Positions 22,800 through 36,479 of a stretch of 64,000 nt of DNA are shown in pieces. The translations under genes were made by a program, and so were the position numbers. The notes below the pieces were generated by a model. It was not told the DNA's origin. It did not search any database and worked only from the letters and a program-made list of their open reading frames with translations. This DNA comes from Camelus ferus (taxonomy: Eukaryota): contig NC_045697.1 in the NCBI RefSeq assembly GCF_009834535.1, forward strand, positions 45,696,001 to 45,760,000. Reading direction: 5' to 3'. The first letter of the stretch is position 1. Each line of letters begins with the position of its first letter.

Positions 22800-24430
22800 T
22801 AGGCAGTATAGCATAATATTAAGGGAAGGAGCTTTAGATTAAAAGAGATCTGGATTTGGATTACAGCTATTTCAACAGATTAGGAGTTGCCTCACACATC
22901 TCAGCCAAACCAGAGGACTTCTATCTAAGAAGAGGAGCCAAAGAGAAAGAAGGCATTATCCCAAAACGATCTGTGAGTATGGCTTTCGTCTAATGGATTG
23001 AATGTCATGGAAATCCATGGAAGGCCCAAAAGTCCTTGAAAAAATTCTATCAGCAGAAAAATCTCAAACTTGGCCTTAAAAGAACAAAGGAGGTACAGAT
23101 GAAAAGAGGTTGTCAGACCCTCTGAAATTCTACTGGTGAGAAGCAGGTGGATAATCTACTCAACTGTGTAAGTGTGCTACTTTTCATAACAAGGAAGGAT
23201 GACTCAGAGGGTGAAACAAAGAGCCCAGAGGGTAGAACAAAAAGCCATAGAGAATTATTCAGAGTTTTTACAAAGTGACCAAGAAACTCTGGATTACAGA
23301 CCCATTTTGGACCAGAACTGCTTTTTACATTCCATTTCTTTTCTTTTGAACCAGAATGTTTGTAACTATTATCTGATATGCCTGTCTCACCATGTATGTT
23401 GGGAATGTTGTGAACAGATAATTTTTCTGCTTATTTTCTTGGTCCACAAATGGAGGGGAAGTGTGCCCCAGGAGTTATATTTATGAATAATAGTAGAAGC
23501 CTCACCTGCACCTCAATAAGATAATTTGGATGATGAGATGTTTTTACTTTAAGCTAAGGAGATTTAGATACAATTTTGGACTTGATCTGAATGGATTATG
23601 GAATTTCTATTTAGATGATGAGACTTTGGACTACAGCTGATGGTGTGATGGGATGAGTCTTTCAAGGACTTCAGAAGGGGAGTGAATATATTTTGCATTT
23701 GTAAGCACAATTCTAAGAGGGCCTCCAAGATTTCTGTCCCCTGGTATATACACCTTGTATAGTCACCTTCCTTCAAATATGGGTGGAACCTGAGAATGTG
23801 ATGGAAGAGTCACTCATTTTGGTGATAGGATGTTCACTTTACATTATATAAGACTCCATCACAGCAATCTATAAAGACATTAGAAGGGTTAGATCCTGCT
23901 GGCCTAGAAGAAAGCCAACACTCACATTGTGAACTTCCTATGGCATCAGCTGGAAAGGAACTATGGGCAGCCTCAAGTTGCTAACAGTGGTCCCCAGGCA
24001 ACAGCTAGCAAGAAAACAGGGACCTTAGTCACAGCCACTTTAAGGGAAATGAATCATGCCAAGAACAAATGAGCTTGTGGGAAGCCCTCAAGCTTCAGAT
24101 AAGAATCTCAGGTGTGGTGAGACCCTGAACATGGGACTGAGCTAACCTGTACCTGTACTTCTGATTTATAGAACTGTGAAATAATAAATGGGAACTGTTT
24201 GAAGCCACCAAGTTTATGGTAATTTGTTGCACCACAATATAAATCTAATATAGCTACTAATAAGCCATGTTACCTTCAGTAAAATTCTATAACAGACTCA
24301 CTAAGCCTCAGTTTCTGAATCAGTAAAGTAGGATACTAATACCTATGTCAAACCATAGCCTACTGAATGAAATAATTTTGATTAAGCCAAAGCAAAATGT
24401 CAGGCACCTAGTGAGCAATTAACAATATGT
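22800..24430 (+). mobile_element. MIR split (22800-22870 and 24253-24430) by a MaLR insertion
   Basis: aggcagtatagcataatattaagg...agctttagatt...ctggattt; resumes as gctactaataagccatgttacctt...ctaagcctcagtttctgaatcagtaaagtagga. Confidence 0.7.
22871..24252 (+). mobile_element. MaLR internal region (MLT1-int, 22871-23699) plus 3' LTR (MLT1E-like, 23700-24252)
   Basis: Internal: gatctgtgagtatggctttcgtctaatgga, gagcccagagggtagaac, gatgatgagactttggac, gggagtgaatatattttgcat; LTR: aattctaagagggcctccaagattt...acagctagcaagaaaacagggaccttagtc...gtttatggtaatttgttgc...ctaatata. Confidence 0.85.
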
Positions 24431-24930
24431 ATATATCATTATTTCCAAGAAAATTATAAAAACCTTAAATTTTTCTCTCAACTGACTATATTAACTTATT
24501 CATCAAAAGTTTAACCTCAGGTTATCTAATCTGTTCTGCTCACATATTTATTTTCCACTTTTGGAAAGCACTGCTGTACATCACAGATCAAACTCAAATA
24601 TTTTTGCCTAAAGCTCTACTTAAATCCTCTCAGACAGCATTAATCAGTCCATCCTCTGAGCAACCACAGTATTTGTTGGTTGTAGTTCTATTTAAGGCAT
24701 ACTTTATCCTACCCTCTATCTGGCTGTTTGCTTGCCTATTCCCCATAAATGGCCAGCTATTGGAAATCAGTTTTATTGTTCTTGATATCTCTGTCTTGGA
24801 CCTCACCTCAGGCTAGGCCCACATCTAGAAGTTAGATTTCTCAAGCAGGCTTTTATTCCCTTCCTATGCAGGATTCTGGAAAAACAGACAGCCTTCCTGT
24901 GCCATTAGGCAGATTACTTCTAGGTGTATA

Positions 24931-25365
24931 TGTCACAGATTGGGTTCTCCGAAAAGCAGACTGAAAAAGAGTTTAGTGCTCAAGCCATTTGTTAGGAATG
25001 CTCTTGGGATTAACATCTCTGGGAGGAAAAAAATAGGAAATAATACTGGACAGTAGAAGAAGCTGAGTTGTGATGCAACTACATTAAATGCCCCTGCTGA
25101 CCCTCTGTGTGCCTTTGGAATTGGTATAGCCCTTTATAATTGTTTTTCACTGAGGAAACGGGGCCAGTCCTTTATACCACTGTGGATCAGTACTTGGATG
25201 CTGGTCGCCCTGGAAAAGGGGTGTGGCTTTGGTGACAGCTCTCTTTAGCTGGGACAATTTCCAAAGGGGATTGGCAGCAAAGGACAGTCTACCAGGCACT
25301 CCTAACAACTGGAATTATGTCTTTTATTGAAAAGGAATCAAGAAGTACATCACTTACCACACTGC
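24931..25365 (-). mobile_element. ERVL solo LTR (LTR16C-like)
   Basis: tgtcacagattgggttctccgaaaagcagactga...tgctcttgggattaacatctctgg...gaagctgagttgtgatgca...ggccagtcctttataccac. Confidence 0.8.
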
Positions 25366-26999
25366 AGACTTTAAGAGCCCCAACTTCCCTCCTCTGGTGG
25401 GCTTGAGACCTCATTTCCTATTTCTATAAGAGCATAAACACCACTCTAACTTACTGACATCACAATTACAAATTCCATTTCCACCGTATTCCACCCCTCA
25501 CCCCAAGACCAGGTGCATTAATAGTTCATGAGTTTCTAGTTCCTGTTTATACTTAGAGGAGTCATCCAAACCAAAACATCTTGGAAGTCCATTTGCATTT
25601 GAATGGCACGACTGTCGCAGGCAAAAGGGGAAGTATATTATTTATTTCAAGTATCTTTCTCTCTTGTGATTTTTATTCATGAGGTCAATTGTTTGGTTAC
25701 TGTATTTCATCCCCCAGCATTTCTATGTATATGTGGGAAGTTTCCATATTATCTTAGTCCACCACCTTGCAAGAAAGAAAATGTATATTTGCAATTTTTA
25801 AAACTTAATCTGACTTTATCAGAATTGCATCAGATGTAATATATGCATATTCTATCATATTTTATAACAAGTTAAAATACAGCATCATTTGTGTAATAAA
25901 TAGTAATTTATCCATTGATTTAAAATATTTATTATATTTGAGTCCCAAACACATATAAACATGCACAAAGATATACAACCACTCAAATCTGTTCCTATGT
26001 TTTCTATTTATCTCCATGAATCTGCTTAGCTATTTCTGTACCAATGTCACATTGATTAGATATTTGTAGATTCATAATTTTTTTACTCTATAAGATCTTC
26101 TTATGCTCTCCTTGAACATAGGCTGACTGTTACTTAAAAAAAATACTAAAATCGCCTTTAAAATTGCACAGACTCCCACTGGAAATTTGATTGGCACTTA
26201 TCACAGTATTTAAAATGCACATGTTTTTGTTATTTGTCTAATCATTATTTACTTAAAAAATATTTTATATTTATTATTTTTTCCTTTACAGAATTTGTTA
26301 TTGTAGATACAGGAAAAACTATCTGCTTTTTTCCTGTATACACTGTGTAATTATCTACTTTATTGAAAATACATTCTAGTTTTCATAGCTTGGGTATTTG
26401 AATCTAAGGTGAAGCATTCTCTCTTTTGCCCATTCCATACAAATGTATCAATTTTTCTGTTTTGAATAGTGCAGCACATCATTGTAAGTAGAGACTGACC
26501 ATGCTGATAATAACCACAGGAAGGAATGCATGACTGTGGTTTCTTTAGTCATCTAATTCTAAGCAAAATTCCACTATGGTTTAGCTTATCGGAGGGTCCT
26601 CCTATATTTTTTCCTTTGTATAAAAACAAAGACCACCATAGTGACCACCCAGAAGTAAAAGATTTGTTCCTAGGAGGATATGGAGAGAGAAAAAGAAGTT
26701 TGCTTAAACACATGTTCTTGTTTATATTATACTTTTAGACAACTTTAAATTGAGATTTCAAAATAAAATAGAGTCTCTATCTGATTTAGTTATTTTTAAA
26801 ACATCTGCTATGACACAATAATACCAATTAAAACATAATCTTAACTAGGATCAGAGGAAATTGTAAAATGCAATCTTCAGATAACTGAATTACTATAAAA
26901 ATGAGTATGGGGACAGGAAAAAAATGAAGTGCTTTTATAACAATTCACCAAAGAAACAGTAATCTGTTCATTGCAGGTTACCCATTCTTCCTGGGGACT

Positions 27000-27375
27000 T
27001 GGCATTCCAGCTGTCCTGAACTTTTTTCAGTTCTCCCAAGATACCATGATATCTCTTGGTTTGGGGGCATTTCATGCTCCTCTGCTTCTCTCCCCAACTC
27101 CTCATATCTGTCCGCCCATCAAGTATCAGTTTAGATGTCTCATTGTCCAGGAGGGCTTCTCTGGTGAATGCTTTTGGAAAGGGTCTCAGCTATTTTCTCC
27201 CATTTGTAATAGTACTTCTCCCTATACTTTTGTTTTTCACATTTTTGTCCCAGAAAAAAATTTGAATTTTGAGAAGAGGGGGCACTCTAATTTAGAACTG
27301 GATCTTCAACAATTAACAAGGAGCTTGGCAAGTGGTAAGTGCTTATTAAATAACTGTAGAATAAATGAAAGACTA
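27000..27375 (+). mobile_element. L2 3' end
   Basis: ccagctgtcctgaacttttttcagttctcc...cagtttagatgtc...ggcaagtggtaagtgcttattaaataactgtagaataaatgaa. Confidence 0.7.
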
Positions 27376-27399
27376 CATAAATGATTTTTTAAAAAGCAG

Positions 27400-27772
27400 T
27401 GTGATAGTTGTGTAATATAACCACTTAGCTAAGCTGAAACTATGTTTCTCAGAACTCCCTTCCCTGTATAGTTCCTGGCTAAAGTTAGGCAAAAGAGAAA
27501 TGTGCACAAGGCTTGGAAACTGGAAATTACGCAGTGGCCATTGGGCTGTGAATGTCACTGTGGTTAGCTACGGTGAAACAGGTGTAGAGGGGATGGTGGG
27601 TCCTATTTGTTCTCTATCTTCCCTGCCCTTTGTCCAGCTCTTCTTCCTTTCAGACATCTACTTATCCCCCAGCTTCTTCCACAACTATGTAAGGTCTAAT
27701 TCCTGCAATGGGTCCATTATTCCATAATGCTCATAGTAGTTCTCCTCTTCTGATAAAGCCTCAATTGATACA
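27400..27772 (+). mobile_element. ERVL solo LTR (subfamily uncertain, LTR50/LTR33 group)
   Basis: TG start tgtgatagttgtgtaat...cttagctaagctgaaactatgtttctcagaactcccttccctgtat; CA end ...caattgataca. Confidence 0.7.
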
Positions 27773-28749
27773 AAGAGTAATAATCATATTTCTCTCTCTT
27801 TCAGGTTATTTCATACATTGTTAAAAATGCCAAAGATTTGAATTAAGGTTAGTGATCTCCTAGGAGATTTTCACTGCAGAAAAACTTTGAACCAATATGG
27901 TAATTTAAAAAGACAGTCTAGCTTTATGAAGAATTTATGAAAGCCATAAAGTAGACTAAATCAGGGTAAGATAAATAAAGATTTTTCTCTGCCTTGGACA
28001 TACTTCTTAGACTTGTGAAGAGGCTGTCTGCAGCTATGGGCAAACCTACCCATAACATAATCCCAAATAAAAAATGACTGATGAGATCTAGAGGGTTTTT
28101 TAATATTTAAAGAAAAAAAAAAAAAGCTTAAGGAGACTAGGTCCATATTGAAGTGAATAAAGTTATGGAAAATCAGCAATAAAATATGGAATAAAGCTAT
28201 GGAATGAATTAAGTTAGTAAATAAATTCAGTGTAAAATTTGTGTAAATCAACATCATTTCTACTACCATTAAATCCCCGTAACACTGACATCAAATAATT
28301 CCAGTTTGCTATGTTTATGGAAAACCTGTCCTATACTCTAAAGACAGGAACAACAATAAAACAATTCCACAAAGAAATGAAATAATGGCTGTATCAAAAT
28401 TGCCATGGATATAGAATAGTCAGTATTATTTGATCTTTCTCCCCCATTTCTTAACAAAGATGAGAATGGTGGCTGAAAGGAGCAGAATAAAACAACAAAA
28501 CTAAACAAATAAAACAAACGGCAATTTTGCTCACATTTTTCTTCTATGCTTTTAAAGTACAATCACAATCGTTAACTGTCCTCTACTCAAAAGTTTTTAA
28601 TGAGCACAGAATGAAATTCAAAGTATAACCATGACATTTAAGTTTCTCTCTTTAGTCAGATCTCCAACTACCATTTTAAATCTTTTTTCTCATAACCTTA
28701 TCAAATACACATTTGGTTGTGTAGGTATTATACAAATTCTACATCAGTT

Positions 28750-28870
28750 TTTGGACTGTGAGTACCTAGAGAACCAGCTCAACATATTAACCAACTTTAT
28801 ACCCTCCTTCAGAGCCTAACACAGTTCCTGGTACGTAATAGGCATTTGAAAAGATTTATTGAATTAAAGT
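28750..28870 (+). mobile_element. L2 3' terminus
   Basis: ggactgtgagtacctagag...cagagcctaacacagttcctggtacgtaataggca...tttattgaat. Confidence 0.75.
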
Positions 28871-30112
28871 GTTTAAACCATGCTAAAAAAGAAACAGGAA
28901 GTTTTAGGCACGAATATTACACAAATCAAGTTTTATGTCTTCTTGCGGTCATGACTTGTATTTTTTATAAAGATATAAATATATTTTTTCAAAATAATTT
29001 GAGTGAGCTTCACCATTTCTTTTCCAGACTTAATTTTAAGAATAAAACCCCAGGACAGTACAATAAACATTAATAATGCTTTCCTGCTGCTTCAATATTT
29101 GGAAGAGTGTAGGAATTCTCCTTGGCCAATATAATTTACCCTGATTTTACCCATATTTGAGAAAGTTTACTTCTGCTTTCTGGTCACTTTTGACATATAA
29201 TTCTCTCCGTTTTGCTAGCTTTGTTAAATATGCCATCTTTACATGACTGACATACATTTTTTTGTAATCAAATTAGTAAAAAAAATTTAGAAAGGGAATT
29301 GTTATGTCTATATTAATATCATTTAGGTCCACAAACTTAGGTCATTTAGAAATTGTTTATTATCCTTTATTGTTTATATAATGAATATGTTATGAAACAT
29401 AGGCCCATGAGGAAACATCAGTTTAATTCAACTTAGATTGCAAAAATAAAAAACTGACTTTGTGAAAAAGTTAGAACTAATGTTTAATAATGAAAAAAAG
29501 TCTACATTAATTTGCTAATACCTAATACTGAACTAGCAATATGAATAATGGAATCACAGATCTGGTAAGAATCTACAGAAACTTTCAGGATAGAGGCACT
29601 GTCTTGACATTAGAAAGATTGCAAAAGAATGTAAGTTTGGTATTAATAAGTTAGCTATCAACAAATGTTTTGAATAAATAAAGTCAAAATAACAAAAATG
29701 CCTACAGAAAAATCCTTGAAATATTGATATCTCCATTGGTGATAAGTCCAATTATTTGTAGTCATGAGAAACACAATTCAAAATTACTTTTTAGTGAATT
29801 TTGAATACTAAATAATTCTTTGATTAATAATATATTTTAAAAATTGAATTTTAGTAGTTATCAAATATCTGGCATTTTAATTCTAATTTTAATTTTAATT
29901 ATTTCTTTTTAAAAATCCTGTCCAATGTCTCATGTAAAATAATGAAGACAGATTATAAAAACTGACTTACCAGAACATAAGAAAAAACAAATATTTATGG
30001 GTTATGAGAACAGAAAAATAGTATTGATTTCTAGGTATGGTTTGAATAATAATTCTTATTATTTTAAAATTGTTCTTCACATGAAATGATTAAAACTCAA
30101 ACCATGATACAA

Positions 30113-30481
30113 TAGAAGCCAGCAAATATTTCTTGTAAATTTTTAGATAATAAGTATTTCAGGCCCTGTGGGCCATAGAGTTCTGTGGCAACTACTCAAT
30201 GCTGCCATTACAGCAGAAAGTAGCCAAAATATTTCAAAGACAAATGAGTGTGGCCATTCCAAAAATTTTTGAAAAATATTAAGAAAATAAAATTCCAATA
30301 AAACTTTATTTATGGACACTGAAATTCATCATAATTTTCATGTGTCATAAAATATTATCCCTCTTTTGATGTTTTCTTAAAATCATTTTTAAAAAATGTA
30401 AGAACCATTCTTAGCTCCTGAGTGTACAAAAACAAGTGGTGGGTCAGATTTGGCCTGTGGGGCATAGTTTACCAACTCCTG
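30113..30481 (+). mobile_element. hAT-Charlie MITE (MER58B-like)
   Basis: cagcaaatatttcttgtaaa...tgtgggccata...ttctgtggcaactactcaa...ttccaataaaactttatttatggacactgaaatt...cagatttggcctgtggggcatagtttaccaactcctg. Confidence 0.88.
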
Positions 30482-31914
30482 ACGCAGAGTACAGAGGAGC
30501 CCGTCAGCTGAGCTCTGCTGCGGGGTAAAAACCTTAAGCTCACAGACAGCAGTCAGACATAGAAAAATAACCATATGTTTTTGTACTTGAAGAATAAACC
30601 ATAATACATTTGTATAAAGATAAACAGATGCAGTGGCACTGTGCAAAGGCAACCAGCCATATACCTGAACCATACTTCCTTCACAGGAAAAAAAAAAAGA
30701 AAACAAACCTGGGGCACAGAAAACAAAACAAAAAAATTAATGAAGCCATACAGATCAATCTGTCATGCTATTTGATTTTTTTAGTTGGAGAACTATTACA
30801 ATGGATTTGAAATAGGCACACTATTTTCTATATTCAAACTACCTAATGTGCAAAGCAGAGGCACATGGGTTTCCTTTGAAAGGATGAAATTTTGGTGAAC
30901 AAGGGGTGTAAATGGAGGACATGTGTTTTCCCCTTCATTCCAACAACTTGGGTAACCGATGTTTTCCTGAAGGTGGAGAGAGCGGAGTCTGCACAATATA
31001 GCTCTCAGATATCTCTAATGAGAGAAGACTATGGGCATGATGGGAGGATTGCCCTAAAACTTCAAACTAGCCCTTCATTACCAAAAGTACTGAAGGAAAG
31101 AAACAGGCCTATTTGAGCCAGTCTTTTTTATTTATTCATGTAAAAGTACAAAAATACCTGCTAGTAAAACGAATTGAGTGGATGTTTCTGCTGGCCACAG
31201 AGCTCTAAAGAAAACTTCACTGCTCATTGCACAAGAATTAGAAAGGGAGCCTTTGAGTTTCTCAAGTAGTGACAAAGACCTATCTAGGGTTTACCGTCAA
31301 TCGGATTATGTTAGATTTCTACTTCCCATTCAGTTTCACTTCTACTTTCATTGTTCACTTATCACCCTGAAGAGTAAAAGGTGAACTTGATAACTGAACA
31401 GTAGAGTTTTCTAAGCAATCTTCTAAGTATTTGTTCTACATGATTTATGGTCCTTTAATTTCATTCATTCATATTTTGTCATAATATATAATCGAGAAAA
31501 CACTGAAGAATGGTTTCAAAAATCAATCAAATGAAATGGAAAAAAAGCACTAAGTTTTACTGTCTTACAGAGTTTAGCATTTCTCACCCATGATGTCTAT
31601 TTGGTTGTTTCTTTTCTTTTGTTAGATCTGACTCCAAAGGAGACAATTTCTCATTTTGCCTAATGCCTATGGGTTCTACTCCCCTGTCTCAAAGAGCAGA
31701 CCAAATGTTATATTTTGAATCTTTCTATAAAACAACCAGGCAGAAATAGTAGAGAAATAAACCACTGCCCCAGTATCTTCCTCTTCCCTCTTCAAACTAT
31801 TATAGACTTGTCTCTATCTCATTTGGTTACTATTGACCTAGAAAACCTCAGACTGCCCTGATCTCTAAGACTAGGATGCTTGTTGCCTCTTGATGATTAA
31901 TGACTTTAAAAAGT

Positions 31915-32620
31915 GAATATCTAGTTTCACACAGGAGGTAGGCAAAAGTAAAAAGGATTGTTGCCACCCTTATAGGAGCAACACCTTTGACAATCTGCAA
32001 ACACAACTTTTCTTGAACTCATAGAAGAGTTGAAGTCATAGACTGACTCACATGAACCCTAAGGAAAGGCAGGCATCTCCACAGACAGAATGCAAGCACG
32101 TGCTTACCTGGAGCAGATACCAATGAACATATGGAAGAATTCAGCTAAAATTTTTAATAAATTGCCAAAGGCTGACTGTAGGATAGCAAGAGAATATAGA
32201 ACATAGGAGAACTATGGAAATGAAGGAAATTCATACAAGCTTCCAGGCTCTTCTTGCAAATAAAGACCAATGAGTGTCATAAGAAAGTATCTTATAAGGT
32301 GCAGGCCTAGTGGAGTTGAAGGTACAACACCGGCCCAGATCCTTCCCCACATTTCCCTGTGGAAAAAAGAAAGCCTTAAATGGTGGGGGAGTGGCAACAA
32401 ACACTCACACCTTATTGACAAAGTGCTTACTTATGCCTAGTTCTTAATCAAGGAAAAAACGCTCTGTCCCTCACCCACAGCAAGATGGTAAGTATTGAGT
32501 AACAGCAGTCTTCTTACTCTTAGGAGCGGGACAGGAGGTTGTAGGAAGACAATCTAAGGCACTGTGCAAAGGGAAGACCTAAAATTCAAGGTGGAGCAGC
32601 CTAAAATACATACATTAGAA
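31915..32620 (+). mobile_element. Old L1 5'-end (5'UTR) fragment, L1M-type
   Basis: ttgccaccctta...gacaatctgcaaacacaacttttcttgaactcatagaagagttgaagtca...tgcttacctggagcaga resembles L1M 5' ends. Confidence 0.55.
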
Positions 32621-33309
32621 TAGAAAAAAAAAAAAAGAAAAAAAAATCAATAGTTCCTAAGCATTCATCTCAGGTAGAAAAAATAATACTAATAAATGAA
32701 GAAAAATACAATGAATGGAATATAAAAGAGAAAAGCAATAGAGTGGAAGGAACCTCAGAGAAAATTTGGATCTTGGATAATAATAACAAAAATGTCATCT
32801 GCTGATACTGATCAAAAAGAGAGAGAGGAAGCATAATCAATTCCAAGAACGAAAAAGGAACATTACTTTGGATCATACAGACTTTAAAAAAGGTCATAAA
32901 AGAATTTTACAAAGTGTATGCAAATGAATTGGAAAGTCTGTGAGGACATATAATTCCGTAGAAAAGCACATCCTACTACATTGACATAAGGAGAAGATCA
33001 TAGCCTTCAATCCATAAATAACATATTTCTTACAGCAAAACTCTGGCTCAAATAGTTTCACCAGTAAGTTTTACCAATTACTTAAGGAAGAAATAATGTC
33101 AATCTTGTAAAAACTCTTTAAGAATACTAAAAAGAGAAAACACATCCAAACTTATTTTATGGGGCTAAGATAATCCTGATGCCAAAATCTGAACAAAACA
33201 TTACAGGGAGAGAAAATCACAGGCTGACCTCACTGATGAATATAGCTACAGGTATTTATGTTCAAAATATTGACAAACCAATTCTAGTCATATCTAAAAG
33301 GATAATATG

Positions 33310-33389
33310 TTGCTGTTGCTGTACACCAGAAATTAACACAACATTGTAAGCTGACTATACTTCAAAAAATAAAAAATAAAATTAAAAAA
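33310..33389 (+). mobile_element. Very short young L1 3' terminus with A-rich tail
   Basis: tgctgtacaccagaaattaacacaacattgtaagctgactatacttcaaaaaataaaaaataaaa; similar to the termini at 20060-20114 and 35496-35550. Confidence 0.85.
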
Positions 33390-34703
33390 TGACATTACCA
33401 GGTTAGGTTTATTAATATTAGAAAATCAATTGAGGTAATTCAACAAATTAAGCAGAATAAAGGGGGAAAATTATTATTTCAACATTCAGAACAAAACATG
33501 CATAAATTTGTAATGAAAAAATCTCAGCAAAATTAAGATTAGAAGGAAATATTTTTAATCTGATAAAGAAGATCAACAACAAAAAATTAAGTAAAATTCA
33601 TACTTAGTGGTAAATGTTTTCCTCCGACATCAGGAACAAAATATAGATGTCCACTATGAGCACTTCTATTCAAACTGTAGTGGAAAGCCTTATCAATACA
33701 TTTTTGGAAAAAAAAGGAAAAAAGAAAGAAAACAACATCTATGAGGCTTAGAAGCAAAAAATAATAGTTTATTTGTATATAATATGATTGTATATATAGA
33801 AAATGCAAATAAATTTTCTTAAGAGTCAGTAAGTAGATTTAACTATTTGGCTCAATTGAGAGTTAATACTTAAAAAAATCAATTCATATTTCTATTTACT
33901 AGCCACAAAGAGTTGATAAAATGACATTTTCACATTACTATTTATAATAGCATAAAAAACTTAAGAGATAAAGCTAATAAAAATTTTAAAACATTCTCTT
34001 GAAAAATTAAGTCCTAAATGAAAAGGAAATATCATATTCATGAATTGAAAAGGCCATTTTTATAGGCCCTCAATTTTCTCAAAATTGTTTTATAGAGTCA
34101 ATAAAATTCAAAAGTCCACCTGATTTCTTGTGAAAATTGACAAAATGATCATAAAACAGTTATGGATATGCAAAGATCAAATAGCCCAGACAACCTTGAA
34201 GAATAACAAGATGGGAGAACTTATTGTGCTTAATATCAAGGTGTGTTTATGCAAGGACAGATAAATAGAAAAATGGAATAGAGACAAAAGTAGGAAAACC
34301 GATCTGTGAAATACAATCAACTCATTTACAAGAAAGGTGCCTCTAAAGGGCAGAGGGGAAAGGACAGTTGTTTTAATAAATGGTCTCAAATCCAAGGGAT
34401 ATCCATATGGGGAAAAAATAAAACTCGATCTCCCTACCTCATTTTATATATAAAAATCCATTCTAAGTGGTTGGTAAACATCAATATGAAAGATAAAACA
34501 AGGTAACATGGGAGAGTATCTTCATGTCATTAGTCCAGGGAAACATTTTGTAACCATGGCAGGAAACAGAAACTAACTATAAGAAAGTAATCGGAAATTG
34601 ATAAGTTGGAACACATTCATTTTGGGAGCTTCTGCTCATCAAAGACACCATTCAAAGAATGAAAATGCAAGCTACACAACAGAGATAGCAGGTGCAACAC
34701 ATG

Positions 34704-35134
34704 TGTATTAGTTTTCTAAAGCTTCTCTAACTGATTACCAAAAACCTGGTGAATCAAAACACCAGAAAGGTATTCTCTCATAGTTCTGGATGACTGGAGT
34801 CTGAAATCAGCTTCATTGGGTCAAAATCAAATCGTCAGCAGGCCCTATGGGGAGAATCTGTTCCTCGACTCTTCAGCTTCTGAGGGCTGCATCAGTGAGG
34901 CCCTGACTCCTTGTCACCTTATCTTCTACATCTGTGCCAAATCTCCCTCTGCCTCCCTCTTAAAATGATGCATATGATTGAATGTATACTCCACCCAGAT
35001 AATCCAGGATAATCTCTCCATCCCAATATCCTTAATTAACATCTGTGAAATTTTTATCAAATTAGGTAACATGTACAGGTTCCAGGGATTTAGACCTGAT
35101 ATATCTAGATGGTCAATATTCAGCCTACTGCACA
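34704..35134 (-). mobile_element. MaLR solo LTR (MLT1C-like)
   Basis: tgtattagttttct...tattctctcatagttctgga...cccagataatccaggataatctctccatc...caggttccagggatt...tattcagcctactgcaca. Confidence 0.9.
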
Positions 35135-35495
35135 CTGTAACCAACAGAGGGCTCAAATCTAAACAACATAAATCAACAAGATAAATGTAATTCAATAAAA
35201 AAAAATTAAATGTACAACCTCACAAAAGAAGTTATCCAAATGGCCAAAGAATATGAAAGAAATGGTTAACTCTACCAGAGTTTGCAAGGAAGTGAAACTC
35301 ACTAGAATGGCTGAAAAAGAGACTGACAGATCTCAAATTTTGCTGGGACTATTGAGCAACTTTAATTTAGTCTCACACATTCCTAATGGGAGTATAAACT
35401 GTTAAAACTACTACAGAGAACTGCTAATATTTTCTACTAAATGAGAAACTAATAACAAAGCAATTCCACTGCTAGGTCTATTTCTTACAGTAATT

Positions 35496-36320
35496 ATTTT
35501 TTATTGAAGTATAGTCAGTTTACAATGTGTGTCAATGTCTGGTGTACAGCATAATGTTTCGGTCATACATATACATAAATATATTTCTTTTCATATTCTT
35601 TTCACTATAGGTTACTAGACAATATTGAATATAGTTCCCTGTGGTGTACAGTATAAACTCATTGTTTATCTAGTTTATATATAGTAGTATTTGCAAATCT
35701 CAAACTCTCATTTTATCCCTTCTTATCCTCTTCCCCCACCCGGTAACCATGAGTTTGTTTTCTATGTCTGTGTGTTTATTTCTGTCTTGTAAATAAGTTC
35801 ATTTGTGTCTTTTTTATAGATTCCACCTAGAAGTGACATCACATGGTATTTTTCTTTCTCTTTCTGGCTTACTTCACTTAGAATGACAATCTCCTCATCC
35901 ACCCATGTTGCTGCAAATAGCATTCTTTTATTAATTATGACCAGTCAGAAAAGCCATTATTAAAAAGTCTACAAACAATAAATACTGGAGGGGGTGTGAC
36001 CTTCCTACACTGTTGGTGGGAATGTAGTTTGGTGCAGCCATTATGGAAAACAGTATGGAGATTCCTCAAAAAACTAAAAATAGACTTAACATATGATTCA
36101 GCAATCCCACTCCTGGGCATATATCTGGAGAAAACTATAATTTGAAAAGATACATATACCCCAGTGTTCACAGCAGAACTATTTATAATAGCCAAAACAC
36201 AGAAACCTAAATGTCCATCAATGGATGACTGAATAAAGAGGCTGTGGTATATTTATACAGTGGAATACTACTCAGCCATAAAAAGGAATAAAATGATGCT
36301 ATTTGCAGCAACATGGATGG
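35496..36320 (-). mobile_element. Young L1 with 5' inversion (twin-priming structure)
   Basis: 35496-35930 is an antisense L1 3' end with a T tail; 35940-36320 is the adjoining upstream L1 segment in the opposite orientation; flanks tcttacagtaatt (35483-35495) and tcctaaagtaatt (36321-36333). Confidence 0.88.
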
Positions 36321-36479
36321 TCCTAAAGTAATTTATGCAGAAGTCCACCAAAAGGCAAGTCAAAGAATGTTCATAACAGCTTTATTCATAATAGCACAGG
36401 GCTGGATATATACCCAAATGTCTGTCAACAGTGTAATGGATAAATAAATTCTGGTGTATTTATATAATGGTGTACTATT

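Noticed and set aside
26971..27384. 137-aa plus-strand ORF
   Set aside because: Coincides with an L2 3' end, has a non-ATG start and no recognisable homology
27805..27847. Exon-like segment tctctctctttcag|GTTATT...TTAAG|gttagt
   Set aside because: Stops in all three frames and no supporting neighbours; indistinguishable from a pseudo-exon
28338..28475. Two strong minus-strand acceptor-like tracts
   Set aside because: Downstream frames close quickly, no good donor, peptides not recognised
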